Shown here: piece after piece, positions 38,679-49,273 of the stretch
Position numbering within the stretch: the first letter of the stretch is position 1
Layout: the number at the start of each line of letters is the position of its first letter
DNA from: Desulfomonilia bacterium
GTDB taxonomy: Bacteria > Desulfobacterota > Desulfomonilia > UBA1062
Direction: 5' to 3'
DNA length: 64,000 nucleotides
Assembly: GCA_050014195.1 (NCBI GenBank)
Contig: JBEKDT010000008.1
Span: 96,001 to 160,000 of the forward strand
Notes under the pieces: generated by a model
Database searches by the model: none
Seen by the model: the letters and a program-made list of their open reading frames with translations, nothing else
What the model was told of the DNA's origin: nothing
Position numbers and translations under genes: made by a program

Positions 38679-39934
38679 TCTTGAAAAACCTCTCCCCTGT
38701 GGGCATAACTGTTATACATGTCAAAACTTGCGCACCCCGGGCTGAGCAATACCACATCGCCCGGAGAGGCAATACTATACGCCTGTGTTACCGCCTCATT
38801 CATGTCATAGGCCGCTTGGGTATCTACAATTTCAGCTATCTCGCCGGTGATCCTATTCGTAGCCTCACCGATGATATATGCCTTCTTGATGGTATCTTTG
38901 TATCGTGAGGCGATATCAGAGAAGTCGCCGCCCTTGTCCTTGCCCCCCAGGATGAGGATAACCTTTGAGGTCAGTGTGGACAGGGCCTTGTCCAGGGCCC
39001 CCACGTTGGTAGCCTTGGAGTCGTCGATGAAGGAAATGCCTTCTATGGTGCCCACGTGCTCGAAGCGATGATGGATTACCTTGAAGTTCATGAACACATC
39101 TTCCATAACTTCGGCCTTGACACCCAAAAACCGGCCGGTCAGAGCTGTTGCAAGCATGTCCTCGATGACTCCCCCGCCGATCTTCTCAGGTGGGGGGACC
39201 TTGGGGCCGACCCCTTTGATGCTGCCCGTAAAGACGATGTGAGAGTCCTTGATATAAGCGCCGTCTCCTGAAGTTGGATGGGTCAGGGAGAAGAGCACCC
39301 TGCGGGCCTTGAGCGGTATATCCCTGAGATAGGGGTCATCATCGTTTATGATGGCGATGTCGCCCCCGGATTGGTTCTCAAAGATCTTGAGCTTGTAATA
39401 TACATACTCATCCATGGTGCGGTATCGATCCAGGTGATCCGGGGTGATGTTCATGCAAATGCCGATATACGGCTTGAAGTGCTCGATCCACTCGAGCTGG
39501 AACGAGCTGATCTCTGCAACCACAAAGGCAGGGTCGGCATCCGCCAGGGAGATGAGCGGGGGCGAGATGTTTCCCCCGATACCGGCATCGAAGCCCTGAG
39601 CCTTCAAGATCTTATGGATCAGTGTGGTGGTGGTGGTCTTTCCGTTGGTGCCGGTAATGGCGATCAGTTTACCCGAAAGCAGTGATGCGCCCACCTCGAT
39701 TTCGGAGAGCACCTTCTTTGCCTTGGCAAGCATAGGATGATGCCGGGGTACGCCGGGGCTCGGTATGACAAGATCAGCCCACGTCATATCCGCTGCCTCC
39801 AGGAGCTTGACAGGCATCCCCTGTATATTTTCAGGCATCTTCTCGTCCACGAGGCGCACCTCGTGGCCTTTGGCCAGCATCATACGCGCCGTCATGATGC
39901 CCGTAATCCCTGTTCCCCAGACAACTATGCGCAA
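38639..39934 (-). CDS. murD: UDP-MurNAc-L-Ala--D-glutamate ligase
   Basis: SPGVP, ITGTNGKTTTT, EISSFQL, DHLDRY, DDSKATN, SPGCASFD; TTG start. Confidence 0.96.
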   Translation of the reverse strand: MRIVVWGTGITGIMTARMMLAKGHEVRLVDEKMPENIQGMPVKLLEAADMTWADLVIPSPGVPRHHPMLAKAKKVLSEIEVGASLLSGKLIAITGTNGKTTTTTLIHKILKAQGFDAGIGGNISPPLISLADADPAFVVAEISSFQLEWIEHFKPYIGICMNITPDHLDRYRTMDEYVYYKLKIFENQSGGDIAIINDDDPYLRDIPLKARRVLFSLTHPTSGDGAYIKDSHIVFTGSIKGVGPKVPPPEKIGGGVIEDMLATALTGRFLGVKAEVMEDVFMNFKVIHHRFEHVGTIEGISFIDDSKATNVGALDKALSTLTSKVILILGGKDKGGDFSDIASRYKDTIKKAYIIGEATNRITGEIAEIVDTQAAYDMNEAVTQAYSIASPGDVVLLSPGCASFDMYNSYAHRGEVFQECVHGILKIKRAR

Positions 39935-40059
39935 GCCTTCAATCCCTCCAGTGTCTCTTGTATCTGCATGATGAGTGTCGCCAGCACCTTGTCTTCCTGC
40001 TCCAGGTAAACCGCCAGGAGCATCTGCAGGTAATTAATCTCCTCATAAGCAGTCTGCAT
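39925..40059 (-). CDS. Putative 44-aa small protein between mraY and murD
   Basis: GAGGTGAGG RBS overlapping the mraY stop; ATG 40059; stop lies inside the first codons of murD; helical sequence. Confidence 0.55.
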   Translation of the reverse strand: MQTAYEEINYLQMLLAVYLEQEDKVLATLIMQIQETLEGLKACA

Positions 40060-40064
40060 AGGCC

Positions 40065-41144
40065 TCACCTCAGCTTTAAAGTTGAAATAGCCACCATTGC
40101 AAGGAATATGGATATGATCCAGAACCGGACAATGATCTTGGGTTCCGGCCATCCTTTCAGTTCAAAGTGATGATGGATTGGAGCCATACGGAATATTCTT
40201 TTGCCGTTGGTGAACTTGAAAAAGCTCACTTGGAGTATGACGGAACCCACCTCCATAATGAAGATGCCCCCCACGATGAGCAGAAGCATCTCCTGTTTGG
40301 TCATGACCGCTACAGCCCCAAGGATACCGCCCAGACTCAGTGAACCGACATCACCCATGAACATCTGGGCCGGGTATGTATTGTACCACAGGAAGCCCAT
40401 GCCTGCGCCCACGAGGGCTCCAAGGAAGACACTGAGCTCGCCTACTCCCGGAATGAACGGGATTTGGAGGTAGGCGGCCGCCTTGAAGTTGCCTATGACA
40501 TAGGCGAATGCGATGTAGGTAGCTGCCGCAATGGTACATGGCCCGATTGCCAAGCCGTCGAGCCCGTCCGTGATGTTGACGGCATTGGCCATTCCCACGA
40601 TCACCACCATGACAAAGGGTATGTAGAACGGCCCGAGGTCTATATGGAGCCGCTTGAAGAACGGGAACGTAATGGTCGCATCAAAACCCGGCGTAGTCAT
40701 GAGGGCAAGACCAACCCCGGCAGCTACTACGAACTCAACGAGCAGCCTCAGACGACCGGGAAGCCCCTGCATGTTGCCTTTGACCGTCTTGATGTAATCA
40801 TCGATAAATCCCAACACCGCATAGGTGATGAGAATGATGAGTCCTAGCCACACGTAGATGTTAAACAGGTCGACCCACATGAGTGTGGAAAACACGATGG
40901 CGCACACGATCAACACTCCGCCCATGGTTGGTGTACCGGATTTTGTCTTATGGGTGTCAGGAGTGTGGCCGTTTATACGTTCCTTGAGACTTAAGTTGCC
41001 CATCTTCTCGATAAACCACGGCCCGAGCAGCAGGGTTATGAGCAGCGCCGTGATGGTGGCATAAATGGTGCGAAAGGTGATGTACTTAAAGACATTGAAG
41101 ACACTAAAGGTTACGTGCAGAGGATAGAGAAGGAGATAGAGCAT
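40065..41144 (-). CDS. mraY: Phospho-MurNAc-pentapeptide transferase
   Basis: [42 protein letters not shown]. Confidence 0.98.
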   Translation of the reverse strand: MLYLLLYPLHVTFSVFNVFKYITFRTIYATITALLITLLLGPWFIEKMGNLSLKERINGHTPDTHKTKSGTPTMGGVLIVCAIVFSTLMWVDLFNIYVWLGLIILITYAVLGFIDDYIKTVKGNMQGLPGRLRLLVEFVVAAGVGLALMTTPGFDATITFPFFKRLHIDLGPFYIPFVMVVIVGMANAVNITDGLDGLAIGPCTIAAATYIAFAYVIGNFKAAAYLQIPFIPGVGELSVFLGALVGAGMGFLWYNTYPAQMFMGDVGSLSLGGILGAVAVMTKQEMLLLIVGGIFIMEVGSVILQVSFFKFTNGKRIFRMAPIHHHFELKGWPEPKIIVRFWIISIFLAMVAISTLKLR

Positions 41145-41146
41145 CC

Positions 41147-42517
41147 TTAAGCCACCGCCTTGAGCTGGTTCACCACCTGGTCGAGCTTGAGGGCCCGGGA
41201 TGCCTTAACCAGCACCATGGCATCCTTGTCGAAGAGGTCCTGGAGGTTGTACATGATCTCCTCTTGGCTCTTAACCGGGTGGATGACAGAGCTGTTCATC
41301 CCCTCTATTGAGGCCCGGCCACAGACTACTTTTGCCATCTCACCAATGCAGATGAGCCTGTCCAGACGCGCCTGGGCCACCCATTTGCCCAATTCTTCGT
41401 GCCAGAAATGCGAGTCCTTACCGAGCTCCAGCATGTCTCCAAGCACCGCAATCTTGATGGAATGGGGGGCATCCACCAGCATGGACAGCGCCGCCTTCAT
41501 GGATGCCGGATTGGCGTTGTAGCAGTCGTTGATGATGGTGAGGTGGTCGGACACGATGATTTCGGATCGCATGCCCGGGAACTTCGCCCTTCTGACCCCT
41601 TCGGCTATGAGCTCCGGGTCGATATTAAGGGCCACTGCGCAGGCGCATGCACCAAGGGCGTTCACCACATTATGCATACCGGGCAGCGGTACATGGGTGT
41701 TGATGAGCTTCCCCGCCAAGTCGATTTCTATATCGCTGCCGTCGAGGTCCTGGTGCTCGATATGCGTTAAGGTAATGTCCGCCTGGTCTTTATGGGAGTA
41801 GGTGATTACCTGCAAATGGCTTGGGATCTCGATCTTGTCCATATGCTCCAGGGATGGGTTTATCACGGCAATGCCGCATTTGGCTGTGTTCTTAAAGATG
41901 GCCTGCTTTTCCTTAATGATGCCCGAGATGCTCCTCAGCCCGTTTAAGTGCACGGGATTGATGTTGGTGATGATGGAGACCTGGGGCCTGGTGATGAAGG
42001 AGAGTCTGTCGATCTCGCCGAAGCGGTTGGTGCCCATCTCGATGACAGCAAATTCGTACTCGGGGCCAAGTTCGAGCAGCGAGAGGGGGACACCGATGAG
42101 GTTGTTGTAGTTCTTCTCGGTCTTCAGACATGTGCCCTGCATCAGTAATATGGAAGCACAAAGCTCTTTGACCGTGGTCTTGCCTGTGGAGCCGGTAATG
42201 CCGACAATGGCCGTGTCGAACTGATTTCTCACCCCCGCTGCGATATCGCCCAGGGCCTGCAGGGTATCCTCCACGGATATGATGACAGTACCGTTGCGTG
42301 GGATGTCCTCCATGACCACTACCCCTGTCGCCCCCTGCGATACGGCATCTTTAATGAAGGAGTGACCATTGAAATGCTCTCCATTGAGTGCAACAAAAAG
42401 CTGACCCTCCTTAACGCCCCTGGAGTCGGTGGATACCCCGCTGAAGATCGTCTCCGATTCTCCTGAAATGATGTATCCATCCGTATAATTGGCTACATCC
42501 CGTGCACTGATCTTCAT
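41147..42517 (-). CDS. murF: UDP-MurNAc-tripeptide--D-Ala-D-Ala ligase
   Basis: [42 protein letters not shown]; start ATG 42517. Confidence 0.95.
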   Translation of the reverse strand: MKISARDVANYTDGYIISGESETIFSGVSTDSRGVKEGQLFVALNGEHFNGHSFIKDAVSQGATGVVVMEDIPRNGTVIISVEDTLQALGDIAAGVRNQFDTAIVGITGSTGKTTVKELCASILLMQGTCLKTEKNYNNLIGVPLSLLELGPEYEFAVIEMGTNRFGEIDRLSFITRPQVSIITNINPVHLNGLRSISGIIKEKQAIFKNTAKCGIAVINPSLEHMDKIEIPSHLQVITYSHKDQADITLTHIEHQDLDGSDIEIDLAGKLINTHVPLPGMHNVVNALGACACAVALNIDPELIAEGVRRAKFPGMRSEIIVSDHLTIINDCYNANPASMKAALSMLVDAPHSIKIAVLGDMLELGKDSHFWHEELGKWVAQARLDRLICIGEMAKVVCGRASIEGMNSSVIHPVKSQEEIMYNLQDLFDKDAMVLVKASRALKLDQVVNQLKAVA

Positions 42518-43965
42518 TGACCGTATACCTCCTTCAGACACTGGCGAATGCATACACGGTCGTCGAACGCAATCTTGGTCGTGCCAATGATCTGATAATC
42601 CTCATGGCCCTTGCCTGCAATCACGAGGCAGTCATCAGGAGCCATGGTCCGTATTGCTTGGCAGATTGCCGTTTCTCTGTCAGGTTCAAGAAGAATCCTT
42701 GTCTTGTCCGTGACGCCCTTCACGATATCCTCTATGATCAAGAGCGGATCTTCGGTCCGGGGATTGTCCGAGGTGATAATGGCCAGATCGGCAAGGCCGG
42801 ATGCAATTGCGCCCATAATGGGCCGTTTGGTCCTGTCCCTGTCCCCCCCGCAGCCGAAAACGGTCAGGAGCCTCCCTTTTGTGAATCGGCGGGCGTTCTT
42901 CAGGACAGTATCCAGGGCATCGGGGGTATGGGCATAATCTACGAAGATGCTCAGCCCCTTGGTGTTCTTCACGGATTCCATCCTGCCGGGTACCCCGTCA
43001 AGCGCCTCTATGCCCTTTCTGATCTTCTCGTTTTCAATACCCATGGCATGGCAAACGCTTAAGGCTGCCATGATATTATAGGCATTCATCTCTCCCTTGA
43101 GTTTGCTCCTGATGATGATCTCTCCTAAAGGGGTCGCGATATTCAAGGTAAGGCCATGCGGATTGTTGTCCAGGGAAAGGGGGTGGATGAGGGCATTTTT
43201 GCTGAACCCGTATGTGATTGCACCACGTAAGCCATCAGCAAGCCGGACACCGTAAGGGTCATCTATATTAAGGATAGCATCGCCTGTGAGGTAACCCTCG
43301 AAGAGTCTCTTCTTGGCAAGGAAATATGTCTCCATGTCCTTGTGGTAGTCCAGGTGATCCTGGGTGAGGTTCGTGAAGAGGGCATAATCAAACCTGAGGC
43401 CTGCGACCCTGTCCTGATCAAGGGCATGAGAGCTCACCTCCATGATGCATGCATAAACACCCGCAAGACGCATTTGGTGAAGCATATCGAAGAGGTCAAC
43501 GGGGCCGGGTGTGGTAAGAGAAGAGGTGATCTCTTTTCCGGGATATCTTGTGTTGATGGTGCCCATAACCCCGCAGGAAATGCCTGCATTGCTCAAGACG
43601 GATTCAATGAGATAGGCGGTGGTAGTCTTGCCGTTGGTACCCGTGATCCCCACCATCCTCACTTCCAAGGCCTTGGGGTAGAGAAAAGGCAGGATCGTCC
43701 TGAGCGCGGCTTTCGTATCAGGCACGCTCAATACTGCGGCATCGGTGTTTTCGATGGTGTGGCTGGCATTACAGATAATAAGACTGGCGCCACGATTGAG
43801 GGCATCAATGATGAATTTATGGCCGTCCGTAACGCTGCCGCGAAGCGCTATGAACGCATCCCTTGCCTCGACGCGGGTAGAATCCACCTTAAGTGTTTTC
43901 CACTGCCTGTCGGGCCCTTTCGTTGTGGCACCGGGGAGTATGCGAGCGAGGTCTGAGGCCATCAT
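42514..43965 (-). CDS. murE: UDP-MurNAc-L-Ala-D-Glu--meso-DAP ligase
   Basis: ITGTNGKTTT, MEVSSHAL, DHLDYH, DYAHTPDA, TSDNPR (meso-DAP-type motif), AGKGHEDYQ. Confidence 0.96.
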   Translation of the reverse strand: MMASDLARILPGATTKGPDRQWKTLKVDSTRVEARDAFIALRGSVTDGHKFIIDALNRGASLIICNASHTIENTDAAVLSVPDTKAALRTILPFLYPKALEVRMVGITGTNGKTTTAYLIESVLSNAGISCGVMGTINTRYPGKEITSSLTTPGPVDLFDMLHQMRLAGVYACIMEVSSHALDQDRVAGLRFDYALFTNLTQDHLDYHKDMETYFLAKKRLFEGYLTGDAILNIDDPYGVRLADGLRGAITYGFSKNALIHPLSLDNNPHGLTLNIATPLGEIIIRSKLKGEMNAYNIMAALSVCHAMGIENEKIRKGIEALDGVPGRMESVKNTKGLSIFVDYAHTPDALDTVLKNARRFTKGRLLTVFGCGGDRDRTKRPIMGAIASGLADLAIITSDNPRTEDPLLIIEDIVKGVTDKTRILLEPDRETAICQAIRTMAPDDCLVIAGKGHEDYQIIGTTKIAFDDRVCIRQCLKEVYGQ

Positions 43966-45668
43966 CCGCTGTCCCCCCTGGTGGCGAGCGTGATGTTCGG
44001 GCTTAACTCCATGATGGTGGCGCATTGTGTTACTATTTCTTTAAACAAAGGGCAAGCCACTATGCTTGCGTAATAGTACGGTCGAGGCTCATTGATGCAT
44101 ACGATCATGGTCATCCTGGTCTTGCCCGTGGCGTCGATGATCCCGCCGATGAATGAGGAGACATAGTCACCCTCTGCGTAGGCCCCGGTAAGCGGGTCTA
44201 TCTTCTGGGCCGTTCCGGTCTTGCCGAAGACCTGGAAGGTAGGCATATTGGCCGATTCGCCGGTGCCTCCCTTTAATGTGACGGATTTCATTACCCCGAC
44301 AATCTGATCGCAGGCCTCCTTCGAGAGAATTTTTCTCATTATGGTAGGCCTGGTTTCCAGGACAGGGGTATTCTTGGCATCGCTGATGCGCTCAACAATG
44401 AAGGGTTTCATGATCATACCCCCGTTGACCATGGCATTAAATGCAGTGATAAGCTGGATGCCGGTTACGGCAAAACCCTGTCCGAAGGAGATGGTTGCCT
44501 TGTCCACGCTGGTCCATGCACCCGGGTCTCTGACCATGCCCGCCGGCTCACCAGGGAAATCGATTCCGGTTGTGTCGAGAAAACCGAAGGCCTGGAGGCA
44601 GGTATACATGTCGCCGGCATTGATAGGTTCCATGAGCTTTGCGATGCCGATATTGCTGCTGAATTTAACGATGTCGTTTACCGGCAGCCAGCCGTATTTC
44701 TCATGGTCGTGGATGGTGATCCTATGGAAGGTGAATGAACCGTTCTCGCAGAAGACGCTCCTTGTTACATTGAATATCCTTTTATCCAGCCCCCAGCTTA
44801 CCCAAAAGGGCTTGATCACCGAGCCGGGCTCGAATAGATGCGTAATAGCCATGTTTGTATGGCCTGCAAGGCGGCTGAAGCTTCCCTTGTTCGGGTCGAA
44901 GCTCGGACAGGAGGCCATTGCAAGGATATCGCCGGTTGACGGGTTTGTAATGATGACGAACCCCGATTGCGCCTTGTTGTTGACGACAGCCTTCTTCAGT
45001 TCCTGAAAGGCGATGTACTGTATCCTCTTGTCTATGGTAAGCCACAGGGTATTGCCGTCTTTTACCTCATCACCCTGGAGGCCCCGTGCGTAAATGATCC
45101 TGCCCATACCGTCGCGGTGGACACCGATCTTGCGCTCCATGCCCTTGAGGAGCATGTCGTAGGAGAGCTCAAGTCCCTCGAGCCCTTTCCCATCTATGCC
45201 GACGAACCCGATCAAGTTCGCGGACGATTCGCTCTCCGGATAGAAACGCTTGGCCTCATCGTAGAATCCGATGCCCTTAATCTTGAGGGCCTTGACGGCC
45301 TCCACCTCATTGGGAGTGACCTGCCTTTTGATCCACACAAAATATCTGTCTTCGGTGAGCCTCTTCTCGATGTACCTCCTCTCTATCCCTAAGGCCTTCC
45401 CGAGCTGCCATGCGGCCCTGGCCGGGTCCTCAATGATCCGTGGATTGGCGGCCACTGATTTCATTTCAAGGCTAATGGCAAGGGGCTGTCCTGCCCGGTC
45501 AAAGATGGTTCCCCGGTGAGGGTTCAGTTCGATGGCATGATCGAACCGTTTGTGGGCCTTGGTGATGATAGAATCGGAGTTGATGACCTGCAACTCAAAC
45601 GCCCTCACACCGATGGCGGCGAGCATGACCATGAGAAAGATCTGGATGCCCCTTATTCGTCCAGCCAT
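43962..45668 (-). CDS. ftsI: Penicillin-binding protein 3 (FtsI)
   Basis: RGTIFDR, RFYP, GLEGLE, EPGSVIK (SxxK), SSN, GKTGT. Confidence 0.95.
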   Translation of the reverse strand: MAGRIRGIQIFLMVMLAAIGVRAFELQVINSDSIITKAHKRFDHAIELNPHRGTIFDRAGQPLAISLEMKSVAANPRIIEDPARAAWQLGKALGIERRYIEKRLTEDRYFVWIKRQVTPNEVEAVKALKIKGIGFYDEAKRFYPESESSANLIGFVGIDGKGLEGLELSYDMLLKGMERKIGVHRDGMGRIIYARGLQGDEVKDGNTLWLTIDKRIQYIAFQELKKAVVNNKAQSGFVIITNPSTGDILAMASCPSFDPNKGSFSRLAGHTNMAITHLFEPGSVIKPFWVSWGLDKRIFNVTRSVFCENGSFTFHRITIHDHEKYGWLPVNDIVKFSSNIGIAKLMEPINAGDMYTCLQAFGFLDTTGIDFPGEPAGMVRDPGAWTSVDKATISFGQGFAVTGIQLITAFNAMVNGGMIMKPFIVERISDAKNTPVLETRPTIMRKILSKEACDQIVGVMKSVTLKGGTGESANMPTFQVFGKTGTAQKIDPLTGAYAEGDYVSSFIGGIIDATGKTRMTMIVCINEPRPYYYASIVACPLFKEIVTQCATIMELSPNITLATRGDSG

Positions 45669-45943
45669 AGGTACACCACCTGTTCGGGTTTGGGGAGGGT
45701 TAGTCCGAGTTGGCTTTCAGCAATGAGCTTAAGTCTTTTCGAGCTCTTGAGCGTAGAGATCTCTATCTTCAATGCCTTGTTGTCGCCCAATAACTGTTCC
45801 TTGACCGCCTCTTCTTGGGAGAGAGAATATCCCAACTCGGTGACCATATGCCGTGTCCAGACATGGAACATGGCCCAGACCATCAGGAAGAGGAGCATCG
45901 CCACGCCGAATGGAAGGATTCCCTCTGTTTTCAAGGCCCTCAC
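45653..45943 (-). CDS. ftsL: Cell division protein FtsL
   Basis: TM helix, coiled coil, IAESQLGL..P; between rsmH and ftsI. Confidence 0.85.
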   Translation of the reverse strand: MRALKTEGILPFGVAMLLFLMVWAMFHVWTRHMVTELGYSLSQEEAVKEQLLGDNKALKIEISTLKSSKRLKLIAESQLGLTLPKPEQVVYLWLDE

Positions 45944-46863
45944 GACATCCTCCGCGCGGCCCGTAACCGGGCGCTTCGGGCCCTGGGGTTTGCCCGGATC
46001 TCTTCTAAGGAAGCCATAACGGGTTTCTTCGTGATCCGTGTAAAAATGACCGCCGGGGTTTCCTGTGGCATGGGAAGTCCCCGGCGGCTCAGGAGGGCGG
46101 TCGAGGTACCCGCAAAGAACTGCTTGACGATACGGTCTTCGAGTGAATGGAATGAGATTATCGCCATCACACCGTCTTTTGAGAGTAATGCCGCAGCCTT
46201 GGTCAGAAAATCTTTAAGGTTATCGAGTTCGGAGTTGACCTCCATGCGGATGGCCTGGAAGGTCTTGGTAGCAGGGTGGATCCTCTTCGGCCAGAGCCTT
46301 CTGGGGATGGCTGCACTGATAATTGCAGCAAGTGCCTTTGTCGTGGCAATGGGCCTGGATTCCACTATACGGCGGGCAATTCTCCTTGCGAAGCGTTCTT
46401 CTCCGTAGATGGAGATGATCCGGCCGAGCGTGTCTTCATCGTAGGTATTCACCACCGCGCATGCATCGAGTTTTTGATCTTGATTGTACCTCATATCGAG
46501 AGGGCCTTCGGTGGAAAAGGAGAAACCCCGTTCGGCATCATCAAGCTCAAGGGATGACATCCCGAGATCGAGGATAACCCCGTCGATATGTTCCCATCCG
46601 AGTTGGGAGCATAAGCGATCTATCTCGGTGTAGTTGGCACAAAATAAATGGGAGCGAGTGCCATAAAGTGCCAGGGACTCTTTGAGGCGTGAAACTGCCT
46701 CATGGTCGAGGTCGCATCCGGTGAGTTCGCCGCCGGGAGAACTGGCTTCAAGGATGGCACGGGCGTGACCACCGCCACCAAGGGTGCCGTCGAAATATCT
46801 CCCGCCACTATGGGGCCTCATCACATCCAAGACCTCCCAAAGAAGTACGCTTGTGTGCTCCAT
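45940..46863 (-). CDS. rsmH: 16S rRNA m4C1402 methyltransferase
   Basis: Start MEHTSVLL at 46863; DGTLGGGGHA, DLGMSS, GPLDMR, FQAIRMEVN, ISFHSLEDR, NPRARSARLR. Confidence 0.96.
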   Translation of the reverse strand: MEHTSVLLWEVLDVMRPHSGGRYFDGTLGGGGHARAILEASSPGGELTGCDLDHEAVSRLKESLALYGTRSHLFCANYTEIDRLCSQLGWEHIDGVILDLGMSSLELDDAERGFSFSTEGPLDMRYNQDQKLDACAVVNTYDEDTLGRIISIYGEERFARRIARRIVESRPIATTKALAAIISAAIPRRLWPKRIHPATKTFQAIRMEVNSELDNLKDFLTKAAALLSKDGVMAIISFHSLEDRIVKQFFAGTSTALLSRRGLPMPQETPAVIFTRITKKPVMASLEEIRANPRARSARLRAARRMS

Positions 46864-46867
46864 CGTC

Positions 46868-47311
46868 TTACAGACCGAGCTTCGCAAGCCCTTCGCGCAA
46901 CTTCTCGGAGTCTTCGAGTGCCTCCTCCATGCTCTTGTTATACGTGTCCTGATCCCAGATCTCGATGCGGTCCACAATACCCACAAGCAGGCATTTCTTC
47001 TTGAGGCCTGCATACTCGCGCAGGCCGGACGGGATGAGGATTCTGCCCTGTGCATCGAGGAGACATTCTTCGGCCGAGCCGACGACATGCCGCTTGAACC
47101 AGATATCTTCCCTTTTCACATTGGAAAGTCCCGATGCCAGTTTTGCCACCCGCTCCCAGTCATCGGGGGCGAACGCCAGAAGGCAGCGGTCGATGCTCTT
47201 GGTGACTATAAGGTTCTCGGTTCCCCATTCTTTCAGGATATCCCTGAACTTTGAGGGGATGCTTAACCGACCCTTCTCATTAATGGAGTTAATGTAATGC
47301 CCTTTCAACAC
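46868..47311 (-). CDS. mraZ: Transcriptional regulator MraZ
   Basis: INEKGRLSIPSKFR, LDAQGRILIP, RIEIWD. Confidence 0.96.
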   Translation of the reverse strand: MLKGHYINSINEKGRLSIPSKFRDILKEWGTENLIVTKSIDRCLLAFAPDDWERVAKLASGLSNVKREDIWFKRHVVGSAEECLLDAQGRILIPSGLREYAGLKKKCLLVGIVDRIEIWDQDTYNKSMEEALEDSEKLREGLAKLGL

Positions 47312-47318
47312 CGCTTAC

Positions 47319-47348
47319 CCCCACAAATATGACACTTATTGACACTTT
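47319..47348 (-). promoter_or_regulatory. Putative MraZ operator (three GTG-core direct repeats)
   Basis: Minus strand AAAGTGTC-AA-TAAGTGTC-ATA-TTTGTGGG, 10-11 bp period, just upstream of mraZ; TTGACT-N16-TATATA lies immediately upstream. Confidence 0.7.
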
Positions 47349-47509
47349 ATGCCTATATATTAAATGGTATATTAAAGTCAACATGAAGTTTCACTATTTT
47401 GTTAGTCTTTTATTATGAAATATCAAAATATTAAATGAATACCAAGGCTATGAAAAAAGTGCCATGTTAGGGAGAGATTTCGCTGGAAGTTTTGAGGGGA
47501 CTTGGCTAT

Positions 47510-48505
47510 ATGGGTTCCATGGATAAGGACGTCCTTGGGAAGATTCTCGAGATGCTGCCCGCTGGCGTCATGCTTGCGGAGGAAGACGGCAATGTGACCT
47601 ATGCAAACAAAGCGGCATTTGACTTTCTGGGTATTGATGAGTCCAGTCTCCCGGAGATCAACATCGAAGGCCTCATCGAGCACGATTCATTCAAGAAAGA
47701 GACCATGATACGGACCAAAGGGAGCGAAAGGATAACCATCCGGCTGATCAAGCATAAGCTCAAGAAGGGCGGCTTCGTGGTATTCCTCTCGGACATCACC
47801 GAGATCCATCAGCTCCAGAAAGAGATCCTGAAGATGGATAAGCTCGCATCCGTGGGCGAGCTTACCTCGGGTATCGCCCATGAGATACGCAATCCTCTGG
47901 CCGGGATTAAAACCACTGCACAGGCCTTGAATGAGGAGCTGGAGGTTGGTGATCACCGCAGGGCCTATGTCTCACGCATCATTTTAGAGATCGATCGATT
48001 GAATAAGCTGCTGCTCAATTTTTTCGATTTTGCCAAACCCAGAGAGCTCTCCATCGTCTCATGCGATCTCAAGAAGATCATCGAGAATGCGGTGTACATG
48101 GTGCAGGATACAGCCCGTGAGAATCATGTGGAGATCATCGAGTTTCACCCACCCAAGAGGGCAATGATCAAGGCCGATCCCCACATGATACAGCAGGTCC
48201 TCATGAATGTCTTCATCAATGCCGTCCAGGCTATGGAGTTCGGCGGGAGGATGGAGGTCCATCTTACCGACAGGGATGACCGCATGGAGGTTATTGTGTC
48301 CGATACGGGCAAGGGTATACCCGATCAAGTCAAAGGCAGGATCTTTGATCCCTTCTTCACTACGAAACCAAAGGGGATCGGGTTAGGGCTTTCTATCTCA
48401 TATCGGATTATCAAGCTGCATTCAGGCGCCATCACCTTCATCTCAAACCCCGGAGGCACGACCTTTATTATCACGCTACCCAAGGATCCGAGCCGCGCGA
48501 GGTAA
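47510..48505 (+). CDS. Cytoplasmic PAS-domain sensor histidine kinase (NtrB-like)
   Basis: AHEIRNPL H-box, QVLMNVFINA N-box, DTGKGI, FDPFFTTK, GIGLGL. Confidence 0.92.
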   Translation: MGSMDKDVLGKILEMLPAGVMLAEEDGNVTYANKAAFDFLGIDESSLPEINIEGLIEHDSFKKETMIRTKGSERITIRLIKHKLKKGGFVVFLSDITEIHQLQKEILKMDKLASVGELTSGIAHEIRNPLAGIKTTAQALNEELEVGDHRRAYVSRIILEIDRLNKLLLNFFDFAKPRELSIVSCDLKKIIENAVYMVQDTARENHVEIIEFHPPKRAMIKADPHMIQQVLMNVFINAVQAMEFGGRMEVHLTDRDDRMEVIVSDTGKGIPDQVKGRIFDPFFTTKPKGIGLGLSISYRIIKLHSGAITFISNPGGTTFIITLPKDPSRAR

Positions 48506-48559
48506 GGTGATGCTGATAATATAACTTTTATACCCAAACAAAATTTAAGGAGGTTGTGA

Positions 48560-49273
48560 ATGCCATTACTGACATCCACTGCATATGCAGCGACAGCCCA
48601 GTTCAGGGGTAATATCGGGGCCATGATCGTGGATGCTGCCCCTGTGGTTAAACTCGTGTTACTGGTCCTCTTCATATTTTCCATATTCTCATGGGGTATC
48701 ATTATTCAGAAGTGGATCATGTTTACCAGGGCCCGCAAGAGGGCGAAGGTGATACTGGACATGATTGCCAAGAGCCCAAGCATGGTGAAGCTCAAGGAGA
48801 CCATTGCAAAGGCTGGTGATTGTCCCGTGTCTAAGATGTTCGATGAGGCCCTTGATGAGGTGAATAAACTCTCAGGCAGGACGGGCATGGTCAATCAGTC
48901 CATGCTTATAAACATCGAGGCCAGGTTGGGCAATGCCCACGCACGGCAGGGCATGGACCTTTCCTACGGTCTGGGTTTCCTGGCAAGCATCAGTAACGCA
49001 AGTCCCTTTATCGGACTGTTCGGGACCGTTTGGGGAATCATGGATTCCTTCAGACATATCGCACTCATGGGCTCCGCGAATCTTGCAACCGTCGCCCCAG
49101 GTATATCCGAGGCCCTGATCGCCACTGCCGCAGGACTCTTTGTCGCAATACCGGCCGTGCTCTTCTATAACTACTTTACGAGCCTCATCACCCATGCGAG
49201 CGCCCAGATGGACCAGTTCCAGATGGACTTCATTAACTCTCTGCGCCGGGGGTTGTTCCATGCAGACAAATAA
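48560..49273 (+). CDS. tolQ: TolQ (MotA/TolQ/ExbB family)
   Basis: SPFIGLFGTVWGIM, VAPGISEALIATAAGLFVAIPA. Confidence 0.94.
   Translation: MPLLTSTAYAATAQFRGNIGAMIVDAAPVVKLVLLVLFIFSIFSWGIIIQKWIMFTRARKRAKVILDMIAKSPSMVKLKETIAKAGDCPVSKMFDEALDEVNKLSGRTGMVNQSMLINIEARLGNAHARQGMDLSYGLGFLASISNASPFIGLFGTVWGIMDSFRHIALMGSANLATVAPGISEALIATAAGLFVAIPAVLFYNYFTSLITHASAQMDQFQMDFINSLRRGLFHADK

Noticed and set aside
46864-47088. N-terminal extension of RsmH in the ORF track
   Set aside because: Overlaps mraZ in another frame; the family start is MEHTSVLL
47449-47464. Minus-strand TGGCAC as a sigma54 promoter for mraZ
   Set aside because: No GC at the -12 position
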